The notes under the pieces were generated by a model. It was not told where the DNA came from and searched no databases. It was given only the letters and a program-made list of their open reading frames with translations. A stretch of 63,224 nt of DNA, the filler included, from Pelomyxa schiedti (Eukaryota > Protista > Evosea): NCBI GenBank assembly GCA_020536535.1. It is 12 parts of 12 records of this genome, joined end to end, with 100 filler letters (N's around TTAATTAATTAA, not from the genome) between each part and the next. Parts side by side here need not be neighbours in the genome. Positions count along the whole stretch, not along the records: positions 20,996 to 31,940 come from JAHLWZ010001250.1; positions 32,041 to 40,610 come from JAHLWZ010001314.1; 10 more parts are not named here. The stretch is one strand, 5' to 3'. The translations under genes and the position numbers were made by a program. Positions 26,501 to 37,140 of this stretch are shown piece after piece (the first letter of the stretch is position 1; each line of letters starts with the position of its first letter).

Positions 26501-26944
26501 CAGTGAATTGGTTATTGGAACCAGGCAAAGCATGGGAAGGACCTTTGTCTCCTTGGTTGGCTCTAGACCAGACAGAACCAAGTCAGAGAAAAGGACCAAC
26601 GACTCCGGCTGAATTTCAGAGAGAACATTGAGTGTTCTTGAATCAGTCAATAGACTAAGGCAAGCTTCATCAATTTGAGATGTGCCTTCACTCCTTGCGG
26701 CAGTGAGTGTGAGAACAAGTGACTTCAAGCAGGAAGAGCTGCCGTGGCACGTCTTCAAAAGACTGACAACATGCTGCAAGTCAGAATGAACACGCGCAGC
26801 AACAGCGAGAGCAGTTGCAACCGCTGACCCAGAGGCGACGCCGCCAGGGGGTTTTTCAGACCCTCCCGGCTGTTGTTGTTGTTGGCTTGTTTGAGCTAAT
26901 TGTGAGGCATTTTCGGTGGTGTTGCTGGTTACACGTAAATCCAT
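23569..26944 (-). CDS. IPT/TIG plus ankyrin-repeat putative transcription factor (multi-exon)
   Basis: Gln-rich segments. LQIVEHPSGKAVYRRNIKPHP...VVSHSTQL domain. IPT motif PTILEVVPCTGPISGGTKVVILGANF. Ankyrins TPLHWA, TPLHYG, TSLHYA, TALHIA and TPLHVA. Confidence 0.85.
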
Positions 26945-27379
26945 AACTACTGCAGGGTTGAAGTAAAGGTACTGAGGCGATTGCGGCGAGCAAAGGGAGG
27001 GGGTGGTTTGTATAGGCTAGTTACGTATTATTGTTTTTGCACTTATGGTGGATAGTAGTCCCGCAAGAAAAAACGCGACGAAGACGATGACACTTGGGGT
27101 AGTTTGTGTGGTGTTGTGGTGTTTATCGGCCCGAGATCTAACTTAGTAGTTGCGTACTTGGGTGAATACTTTATTTTTGTGGTTCGGAATAAGAAGAAAA
27201 TAACAGCGAACAGATCGTGTGCTTTGAGATTTCCCATTCCGACCTGGAACAGTTCTCAACCGCGAATGACTGTGATTTTCAGTCACATTTTTTTTGTTGT
27301 TTTTCTTGGTTTCTGATCCCTGACAGAAACAGAGAGGTTCTTTCGATGTCAGAGAATGGAAGTAGAGAAGGCAACACCA

Positions 27380-28420
27380 TGGGGGCATGTTGTGGTGTGG
27401 CACCAGTAATTCAGCTTGTCTGGATAGTGGTGGGATGGTGGTTGCAATTTTGGATACAAGGAAGATCACACCATACTTGCAAGTTTCCTCTCAAGATATT
27501 CAAGAAGGTGACCTTCCCCAATAATTGCTCTCTCAACCATGACGGGATGGGCAACCTGGATTCCAGAGCCAATTTCACCAAGCGCCGTTTTGCAGTAACT
27601 GTCTGTGTTAGAAATTATTTGCTTTTTGAGGTTTTAAACCCAATAGATAGAGGTAAATACGTCAATTGGATATCCATGAGTTTCAGGTCGGCTAAGTGAG
27701 TCAATCGTACCATGCCAGCTGGTAGTTGGTGCAACTGATGATAGATATATTCAATAATGACACAAGAAGGAATTGTCAGCACCTTATTGGGGAACCAAGG
27801 TCGCATGCAATCCAAGAGGATATATAATTTAGCTATTGCTTTTTAATCAATCAAAGCCAGTCATATTCGTGAAGTTCGTACTTGAACCTTAATTAAGGTG
27901 AATTCTTCAGGCAAATTAATTATTAAATTAAAAGAAATTATTACTTGGGTTGCCAAGTTCAAGCTTTCGAGCTATTAATTAATGGCTTCCCAATGGCACC
28001 CTGTGCAAGCAGAATTTAACAGTGAATTCGTTAACGATTTCCATTCCGTTATCGCAGGCACTCGAAATACTCAGGGATGGGCCAAGTTCCTATTTGTATC
28101 ATTGAGTTCACGCAGTTGATTTCCTCGTAGTTCCAGTTCTTGAAGCGCGGTAAAAGCAGAGAAGTCCGGCACGGTCCTAAATAGCAAAAATAAGGTTAAT
28201 CAGTCATTTAACCAGGTATTCCACCTCAGAGAATTAGATCCAACTTAACGAGGAAAGAGAAACTTGGAGACAGCAGTTTTGGAAGCACTGTAAGGTAGCA
28301 GCTGCTTCCAACTGTTTGCTCCCTGGCACTTAGCCAGCCTTTCTTTCATTTCATTCAACTGAGAAAAGTCGAAGTAAGAAAGGTGCCTGTGTTTTGGGCC
28401 GGAAATACCACTGCGGAATT
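27380..28420 (-). pseudogene. Leucine-rich-repeat gene fragments, apparently disrupted
   Basis: LRR-like pieces (VPDFSAFTALQELELRGNQLREL near 28100-28170; LPAGMVRLTHLADLKLMDIQLTYLPLSIG) are separated by stops or frame changes. Confidence 0.5.
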
Positions 28421-29190
28421 TTTGCATCCTTCCCTGATATGTCCAAGCAAAGGTGTATTTCTCCCTAAAGGAAGTACTAGTAGTGAATATAAGTTTAAGT
28501 GTAAGAGTTATGAAGAGCTGACAAGGGGAATACTTATCGAAATCATATCTCTGTTTGAGGTTGCCCACATTCCAAGTTGGAGGGGTACCCAAGGTTACAC
28601 CACGATCGTTGCAGAAACGAAGTGAAGGTGGAAAAGAGAGTAACTGTTTTAGTTGTGAACAAAAAAAGGAGGGAGCTGCAGAGTGTTGTTTCTGACACAA
28701 CAACTAAAACAAGAAGGAGAAGCGCCTCTTGATCTTCATGTGGCTGTATCGCATGCCAATCCTAAGCAATTGAGTACCAGTGGCGTAATGAGTGACCAGG
28801 ATGTGAGGCACCTCCCCATGGATCCCGTCAGCATGTTCATCTCGGGCGATACCCCCACCCCTTCCCTCCCGTGGGCCCCCCTCAGCATGCATTATATTGC
28901 GACCACCTGGGGTCCCCACGCCGACGCTGAAGAAACGCACCGTGGCCGCCCATAGAATACTCCCCATCCGCGCCGCTCGCCGAGCTGCAACGGCCGCCGC
29001 CGCGCCGCGGGCCGCACCTGGGGCCTGTTGAGAAAGGAAACAGTCCGCTAACTGCTGTCACATTGCACCAGACAACCACCGCACCTAGGAAACACACCAC
29101 AAAAGCACCATAAAAGAAAGTCCCAGTTAAATCTTTAAGAGAAGCCGGAAAAAAAAACACTCGTCCCATAATCCAGGACTCAGAAAAAAA

Positions 29191-29339
29191 CCGGCGTACA
29201 TAAGATTGTTGAGTAGAATGTCCACTGCGGTCTGGGGGTTGGTGCGGTGGTACCCAATCCACCCGCCGATCAACGGGCCGCAGGTTCGGTCCCCTCCGCT
29301 CCCCGAAAGGACCAGGTCCGGATAGAACTTTTTTTTTTT
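29191..29339 (+). repeat. GC-rich structured element ending in T11; inverted partial copy at 31861-31940
   Basis: 29259-29338 is the reverse complement of 31861-31940. The second copy is cut by the contig end. Confidence 0.8.
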
Positions 29340-29574
29340 GAACACATGTTTTTGAACAACAACCATTTGTGTTACTCAGGCAACAAAGTAGTAAACAATA
29401 AACTCTTGTGTTTGTATTCGAACTTCTTTCTCCCGTACTACACAAGTAAAACAACACCCATCAACACCCCAGCACACCTCACAGTGTGGTTGTCACTACC
29501 CAAACCCAATCTACCTCGGCACACAAATAGAGAATGTTTTTTTCCCAACAACCATTCATTCCTTTTTGTTCACT

Positions 29575-31026
29575 CTAAGGCAGACCAACAGGAAACCAGG
29601 GGTGGTGTGTGAGCAGGTGAGATGGCTCCGTGACAGAGTGCACATGAAGTCCAGCAGGCAACACAGCAGTAAAAATTGTTCCCCCCATGGCCCCAACTAC
29701 AGCGTGATTCCTTGTTGCCCCCGAGGTTGATGCGCAAGAAGCAACAAAGAGGTTACAGCCCGCCACCACATCATAGAGGGGTTGCTGGTGTTGGTGGCAC
29801 ACTGCTTGAGGTGGGTGGGGCCTCTTGTTCGCCCTCTGGCGGCGCCTGTGGCCCCACTCGCACCGGAACGCCTTGGCACGCAGTACCTCTGGCAAGGGAT
29901 ATACCCACGTTGTTGAAGGATTCTGCATAGACGATACACAGACGTGCATGGAGTCAGTTGCTTGCACTTTGAGTTCATTGTTATGCCTCAGCCAGGTATG
30001 CACAGTGCCAGTGCTCATCTCGAGCAACCGTTCACTTACAGGTCCCTCGTCTCGGAATTGAGCGCTGAACAGAAGATAACCACAAAGTGGCAGGCACCTT
30101 TCAAGCTTGTTGATCCCAATGTTGTCCACGTTGTGACTGGAAACGTGCCTGATCTGCAAGGGGGCTTCATCTTTATCGGTGTGTATCATGGGTATGAGAC
30201 CGTGGGTGATTACACCCTCAGCAAAATAATAGATTTCCAAATCGGTATCCAATCTGAGGGATAGAACTCGTTGAACAGAAGGTAACTGGTATTCCCGGAA
30301 GGGCTGAAGAAGCTCATCCCAGACCAGGATACAAGGTTCATCTCCTTCATGCTCTGGGGCTTCCAGGACGACATCCCACTCGTTGTTGTGTGCCCCGATG
30401 CCGTATTCCCACTGGTGTGGCAGCGGAACCCTGTAGTCCAGGAGTGTGGAGATACTCGTGACCCTCGGTGCCTCCAGAAGCCCCATTATCTCGGCGGAAT
30501 GGCGGAAGAGCACATATACGTTGTTGTCTACAGAGAAACAAATGCAAACAGTCCGGGTTCCTCCCACAAATCTCTCCCACAGGCCACGTAAGAAGCAAAG
30601 AGGCAACCTCACCACCTGGCAGCAACTGCAGGCCCCACCACCACCCACTCCAACGCCACCACTCCCAGTCCCAGTCCCAGTCTCGATCTCGGTCTCGGCC
30701 GCGCAGGATGCGGGATGCACGGGGCAGGGGCCGCACAAGCTGCGGCGTAAGTGCACGGCGGCGGCGGATCTCGCCGCAGACGACGAGGAGGAGGGAGGCG
30801 GGCACGACGTGGTAGGGAGGGGGCAGCACGGCGACGAGGACGCGGCGGAGCGGGGGGAGCTCGCGGCCAGGGCTGCGACGGCGGAGGGCCCCAGGAGCGC
30901 AAGGAACTGGTCCCTGGCCCAGAGGGGCGGCGGGGCGTCGCGGGCGAGGGGGACGGCGCCGTTGGGACCCAGCATGCTGTAGAGCGCGACGACATCCGGC
31001 GTATCTCCTTCTCCGTCGGCTTGCAT
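29575..31026 (-). CDS. Orphan family protein (WARDQFLALL...SP motif), 483 aa
   Basis: Long intronless ORF from ATG 31026 with the family N-terminal motif. Confidence 0.8.
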   Translation of the reverse strand: MQADGEGDTPDVVALYSMLGPNGAVPLARDAPPPLWARDQFLALLGPSAVAALAASSPRSAASSSPCCPLPTTSCPPPSSSSSAARSAAAVHLRRSLCGPCPVHPASCAAETEIETGTGTGSGGVGVGGGGACSCCQVVRLPLCFLRGLWERFVGGTRTVCICFSVDNNVYVLFRHSAEIMGLLEAPRVTSISTLLDYRVPLPHQWEYGIGAHNNEWDVVLEAPEHEGDEPCILVWDELLQPFREYQLPSVQRVLSLRLDTDLEIYYFAEGVITHGLIPMIHTDKDEAPLQIRHVSSHNVDNIGINKLERCLPLCGYLLFSAQFRDEGPVSERLLEMSTGTVHTWLRHNNELKVQATDSMHVCVSSMQNPSTTWVYPLPEVLRAKAFRCEWGHRRRQRANKRPHPPQAVCHQHQQPLYDVVAGCNLFVASCASTSGATRNHAVVGAMGGTIFTAVLPAGLHVHSVTEPSHLLTHHPWFPVGLP

Positions 31027-31318
31027 TTTCCTTTCTTCTTTATTTTTGTCCTCCGAGATTACAAAGACAGACTGGTCAAAACTGACCTATTTTTGTGGTT
31101 GTTAAAATTTTGCGCGACGGGGTGGGGAGTGGGTGTCAATCACACTGTGGTGGTTGCCTGCTTTTTCGATGCTGGAACTCTTTCCTCTGCTCCGGGAGCA
31201 GACTGTATTGTGTCTTCTTTCTGTGTTCGTTGTCATGGTGTAAAATTAGCTGCTTTCTGGGCTTGATCAGTAGTGCACAAATTTGGTCTCTAATAAGACG
31301 ACTCAGCTTGTAGTTTTG

Positions 31319-31376
31319 GCATTTGTGATTCAGCAGGATCCTAACTTAATAACTAATCCTGCTGAATCACAAATGC
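31319..31376. repeat. Perfect 21-bp inverted repeat with a 16-nt loop
   Basis: GCATTTGTGATTCAGCAGGAT (31319-31339) pairs with ATCCTGCTGAATCACAAATGC (31356-31376). Confidence 0.9.
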
Positions 31377-32053
31377 AGTTATTATAGTTATAATATAACT
31401 TCTACTGTACTCTATCTCTGAGTCTTTTATTCAAAACTAATAAATAATAAATTAAACACCAAAAGTCCGTGAAAAAAGTATACCTTTCTTTTTTGTTTTC
31501 CAGCCAAAAAAAGGAGAGTTCCACCAGTGAGTTACGGAATCGAATAGTGGGCATAATAATGCTACAACAGCAGTACTTAGTTTGTAAATGGGTGAAAAGG
31601 GAAGGGATGCAAACCTTGGACTGCACAATGTCGATGACAGAAGGCAACTGTATCTCCAAAACTGTGTATTTACTGAGGTCCTTGGTCATGTTTAAGCAGA
31701 AGAAAGAAGACACTCTGGCTCGTGAACATACATACAAGAGGTAGTACGTGGTCGAAGTGTTAGATTCCAATTTTCATGCCATTAATGACTTTGCTCAAGT
31801 ACATAAACCAACTGGAGCTGGGGTACCGTGGCTTTGTTGGTGGTACCTATGTACATAAGCAAAAAAAAAAGTTCTATCCGGACCTGGTCCTTTCGGGGAG
31901 CGGAGGGGACCGAACCTGCGGCCCGTTGATCGGCGGGTGGNNNNNNNNNNNNNNNNNNNNNNNNNNNNNNNNNNNNNNNNNNNNTTAATTAATTAANNNN
32001 NNNNNNNNNNNNNNNNNNNNNNNNNNNNNNNNNNNNNNNNTCCGATTTGACTG

Positions 32054-32125
32054 CAAAAAGTGCATCATCACCGCCCAAAATCACCGCCCGGGCGGTGATT
32101 TTGGGCGGTGATGATGCACTTTTTG
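32054..32125. repeat. Perfect 72-bp palindrome built from ATCACCGCCC units
   Basis: Arms 32054-32089 and 32090-32125, centred on CCC|GGG. Confidence 0.92.
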
Positions 32126-32169
32126 TAGGGAAAAAAATCACCGCCCACTGATCCAGATATGCATACAAG

Positions 32170-34333
32170 AATGCCTCTGGGCAATAACTGAAGAGCTCGG
32201 GACCTGACTTGATACAGAATTCTTTGTAATACTGCGCTGTTCCGATTGTGACAATTCTTGGACCTGAGAGGTACTCTAATAAGACAGCCGTTGGAAGCAA
32301 CTCAACAGCACTGGCAAAAGTATAAATGGCTGGTATACGTAAGTTGAAGGAAAAAATATGTAAAAGATAATGAACCATTTTCCGGTCGACCCAAACCTGC
32401 CAACCAAAACTTGAGACATTTTGGTTCTAATCCTGTCGTTCTTGCGGTAAGTTGGATGATATCTTGATTTGATCAGAAAACAATAAAAGGACATTATTGG
32501 TACTTGATATCTCATCAGGAGCAACAGTATCATTCTTATACTCCTCCCCTAAAGTTCGTTTAGAAGGAAAAACAAAAGTAAAAAACACACTTTTCAAGCC
32601 TAGGACCACACAGTCTGCCTTCTCTGTCGATTTTGGTCCCCTAACATCAGTTTTAATGGTAACACTTTTATACAACGCCATCCATGAGGTGTTCACTTCG
32701 AATAAAAAAGATAAGGTACTCAGTCGTTCTGCAGAATCTTCAAGAATTTATTTGGAGCCACTGAAGTAAAAACACACTAGGATCAGGATAATATTTCATC
32801 CCAGTAAAGAGTGCACTTAGTAACAAAGCTCCTTGCTTCTTCAGGGTGGACTCAAAACCGCCTTCAAAGCCAAACCCTTTGACTGGTTTCAATAAGAGCA
32901 ACAGATGTTTCCAAGACATGGTCTAAAAAGAAAAGTTAAAAGGACTAAATTCAGGAAAGAATGAAGGGTCCACTTCAGTATCCAAAGTCCAATCGCAATT
33001 ATAAAGAAGAGCAAAAATAGGAAATGGAACAGAGATGTGCAGCTTATCTGCAAGGGGAACAAACCGACTCCAATGTAAATTGTTTAATGTCTCTCCAATT
33101 TCCATGAGGTTATTGCCTTCATTCATTAGTTCCGACTGCGATACGTGGTTTTACTTATTGGTAGTTCAATAGTTGTCCCAGAAGTGAACTTTATCTTTTG
33201 GTATAATTGGACAAGTTGTTTTTGGAACTGATCCATTTTTGTTCGTCCAACCAGCCTTTAAGTTGTGAAACCATTTCCATTCACAAGCAGATATTCATAC
33301 TTGGTCTTGTCGTCAACAGTTGAAAGAACCTTCCTCCAACATTGGAAGATAATATCCAAAAAATCTGGGGTATGGCCTGGGTATCTCTTAGAGAATGTTT
33401 TCATTCTAAACTGTCGTTGGTGAAAAATAAGTAGAACTTCGACACTACATTGATAAAAACTCCCAAAAAAGTGCTGGAGGATAGTGCAGAGCTCCAGCAA
33501 CAACCCGCATTTGTTCTACAATAACCGGTTTCACAAAGAAACATCTACCAGGGGTTGTATCAAATATATTCCACATAAGTTGAAATGCAATGGAAGGTGT
33601 AACGTCGGGACTCTGAAAATAATTAGGATCTGCTAAGTTTTGCACACTACACACCAGCACATATTCAATAGGGTCTTCAGGATATTTGGAAAGAAACAAA
33701 AGATTACATCCAGAGATAATTAAAGTCAGGCTTGATGCTTATGGCTTATGGGATTAAACATAACGTGTAAGTCTGCGGCTGGATAGGCAGAGATGCTAAT
33801 GGGCTGAGCAAAGGGGGTGTGGATAAAGAAGTTGATGTCTTAGTAGTGACTGGTGCACCAGGAGAGGTTGGATTTTGGAGAGGGAGACTGGGAACAGAAA
33901 ATTTTGGGACGATTTCAGATGCACGCCGCTTGGCCTTTAAGTAGTAGGCTACTGCCAACAACAATTGAACATGCATATCCTCACCACTGTGGTCTTTATT
34001 CCACATTCGTTCCTTAACTCCACTTGGGAACAGTGACTTCAAGTTGTCTTGCACACGTTTCTTCAACGTATCATCAACAGCCACTTTCTTAGCGGCTTCA
34101 ACAATTTTGAAGCCCCCGTGACTCTGCAGCGCTAACTTGCCTCCCTCGAACAAGAAAAACTGCCAGTCAACCTCGTGCAATTTGGGTCTCACTTCACTCT
34201 CCATCAGCTCCATGAACGATAGAAATGCAGGTGACCTGACATGAAAGTTGCCTGTGAGTGCATGGTTCATCGCCTGCCTCGGCGTCGTACTAGTCGTCAC
34301 CGTGTCGTTTTTACGCTTAGGCGTAGGTTTCAT
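32170..34333 (-). CDS. Uncharacterised multi-exon protein (possibly degenerate)
   Basis: A run of same-strand ORFs (33746-34333 from MKPTPKRK, 33445-33699, 33258-33503, 32923-33126, 32427-32696) with protein-like composition. No family recognised. Confidence 0.45.
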
Positions 34334-35262
34334 TAGGTTTAAGGAACCTAAATTCAGTGAAACCGAGGAAAATTGAAGGCAAAATTGCAATAATTTATTT
34401 CTCAACCGATTTCTAGAATGGTGCTGCGAAGCGTAGAATTTTTTAAAGAAACAACTGCAGTTTATATCCATTAGCCACTTTAGGCAAAAGTGAGCACCGA
34501 ACACAGAATTGGGCACTTCCAACAAGAGTGGACACCAGGGGCAAACAAAATTTTATCTGTGTCCGCCGAGGACTTCGGGGAAAAAAGTGTTGAAAAGGAA
34601 GGTTTGCATCCCGCAGTAAAGAACAAAAAAAAACCTTGGTAGGTGTTACGGACGTGGTCTGTTCTGTGTTCCCACTTGTACGTAGTCGTTTACTGTTTTT
34701 GTGTTTTTGTCTTACAACCGCCGTTGTTGTGGCTGTTGGTGGATGGGAGAGGAGATGGGAGGGAGACAAACCATGGTTGGTACATGCCCATCTTCGTCAA
34801 CTCCGCCTCACTCCACGTCACCCTCACCACTCATTTCCACATCATCCTCATTGTCACCGTCGTCGGCAAGCGGCAGCGTGCTCGGCGGCGGCACCCTCAT
34901 GGCAACGGTCTCTGCAGTTTCGTCTACACTCGCTGCACTGGCTACCGCACAGTCACAGTCACACGTAATTGATCACTATCATCCATGGCTTTGGCTGTCA
35001 CTGCTTCGGTCGTTGTGGCTGTGAACGCCGTGGCGGGCTCGCTTCCAGAAGGGGGGCATTAGTGCACGTCACAGTGGGGCCGGTGGTGCACAAATGCTAC
35101 CTTCAGCGCACGTGACAGCAAGGAGAGCAAAGTTGGGGACAACAACTCCGGCACATCAACACCCACATTCATAAGAGGCAATGGGATGGGAGGCAGGAGA
35201 AGGAGGCAAGGAGGGAGAGGGAAAGTAGGAAGGGGGGAGCATCACCAACCAACCATTGGCCA

Positions 35263-35395
35263 CTGCTTCTGTTTCTGCTTTTGTTTTTGTTTTTGCTTTT
35301 GTTTTTGCTTTGCTTTGTTTTGTTTTGTTTTATTTTGTTTTGTTTTGTTTTGTTTTGTTTTGTTTTGTTTGGTTTTTTTGTTTTTGTTTTTTGTG
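35263..35395. repeat. (TTTTG/TTTTTG)n microsatellite
   Basis: Directly visible tandem T-rich units. Confidence 0.9.
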
Positions 35396-35448
35396 TATTT
35401 TCGATATGCAGATAACTTTGTTATCTAATCTCTTTCATTATTTACAGA

Positions 35449-37140
35449 ATGCAAGGTCCACACGTACCAGGGGCATCAGTCAGTAGCACACAACCTCAAC
35501 CTCAACAAATACATCATTCAGAACAGTCACAGTCCCAATCCTTACAGCCAGGCAATTGTGGAAGCACACGTCACTGTAGTCTATGCCAGGGCACTGACCA
35601 TGATAGACGCAGATGCCCAAGGCGTTCTTTGAAAAAATCACGTTCATCAACAGCTCCCCCAGTACAAGTACCAGGTATGACACACATATTCTTTGTGACA
35701 GCCAAATGGTGACCTATTTGACAGCTGTTATGTCTCAAAGTTCTCATGAAAATTCTTCATCCCCTCACATATTTTCTTCACCATACCAGCCTCTATCTCC
35801 TTTTCCATCTCCAGTTTCCTACACAACCTCTTCAGCACCTCCGATATTTTCTTTCCCCTCACAGTACCAACCTACATCTCCCTTTCCATTTCAAGTTTCT
35901 CCCTCAACTTCAGCACAACAAAGATTTTCATCATTCTCACTGGACATGCCTCCACCTTCCATACCATCATCACCATTTAATTTCTCACCACAGTTGCCTC
36001 TTGCATCACAAAGGGATCAAGTACCTGCAACCATAACCACACAAAGTACTACAACAAGAGGAGATGACAACCTAATTAATGATGATGATGATGATGACAA
36101 TAGTGCATTTTTGAGAAGTAAGTTTTGCACATGTTTAGTAGAACACTAATAAGTACACAACATTAGATCCATCTCTGGCGGACTTATCTAGTGATGAAGA
36201 GACAACAAGTTGTGGTATGTTAATTTTTCCATTTTTTTTAATTCATTATTTTAAATTCAGTCACACAACCAAGCAACTCTGTACCACAAAGACCAAGGCC
36301 AAGGCAATCTACACACAGGCACCATGGATCTACAGACCCACAAGTGATTCTTGAAGAGGTAATTCTTTCTGGAAAGAGGTTGTGACTGATAAGATGCAGC
36401 ACTCTTGGGTACCATTGCCTAATCCTTCACCTACATTTCCTACTCCACAAACACATACTGCTGGAGTCAAAATAATGCCAAGTGTGTATTCTCCTTTGGC
36501 AGGCTTTACAGAGCACTTTGAACCAATCTTCAAGTTAATGTTGGATGGCATCAACTCACGATGTGCTGATGATAAACTGAGACTGCCTGGAAGAAACACA
36601 ATTTATGTTTTGGATATGAAAACACTTCATACTTGGTTTGCTGTTTTTTTGGCTCAAGGTTGTACAACCAACTTTTATTCATTTACATACATTCAAAAGG
36701 ACTAATACGCATGGAGAATATTGAAGACTTTTGGAACAAAAACAATCCAATATCTTACAATCAATGGATGGCAAAAGCTATGTCTGACGAAGAGTTTATG
36801 TTTATAAATAACAACCTTTGTGTATGTTAATTTTGGTCCAAAAGTGCGGGATTATATTTTTATGGTTATACAAACTTTGGTTCCAGCACAAGAACAGTCA
36901 TCTAATCCATCTTGTGTATATGAAGGTCCTCCTTTGGGTCAATTAGTCTTTCATCAAACAGTACACTGTGAAAAAAAGTCAAATTGTGTTGTATGTGGGA
37001 ACCGCACTCAACGGATAGATAAAATCTGTAACAAATATTTCTGTATGAACCTTCGCTGTCTCTTATCATATCACCTCAGCCAAATGCATATTACAAATTG
37101 GGAGGTTCTTCAAGAGCCAGTATGTGAAACCCAAAGTTAA
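35449..37140 (+). mobile_element. piggyBac-like transposase derivative: zinc knuckle, N-terminal DDE_Tnp_1_7-like region and C-terminal Cys-rich domain; catalytic core not seen
   Basis: CSLCQGTDHDRRRC (CCHC). WFAVFLAQG..IRMENIEDFW...MAKAMSDEEFMFINNNL resembles the piggyBac N-terminal block. CVVC..RT..CNKYFC..CLLSYH resembles the piggyBac cysteine-rich domain. Confidence 0.65.
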
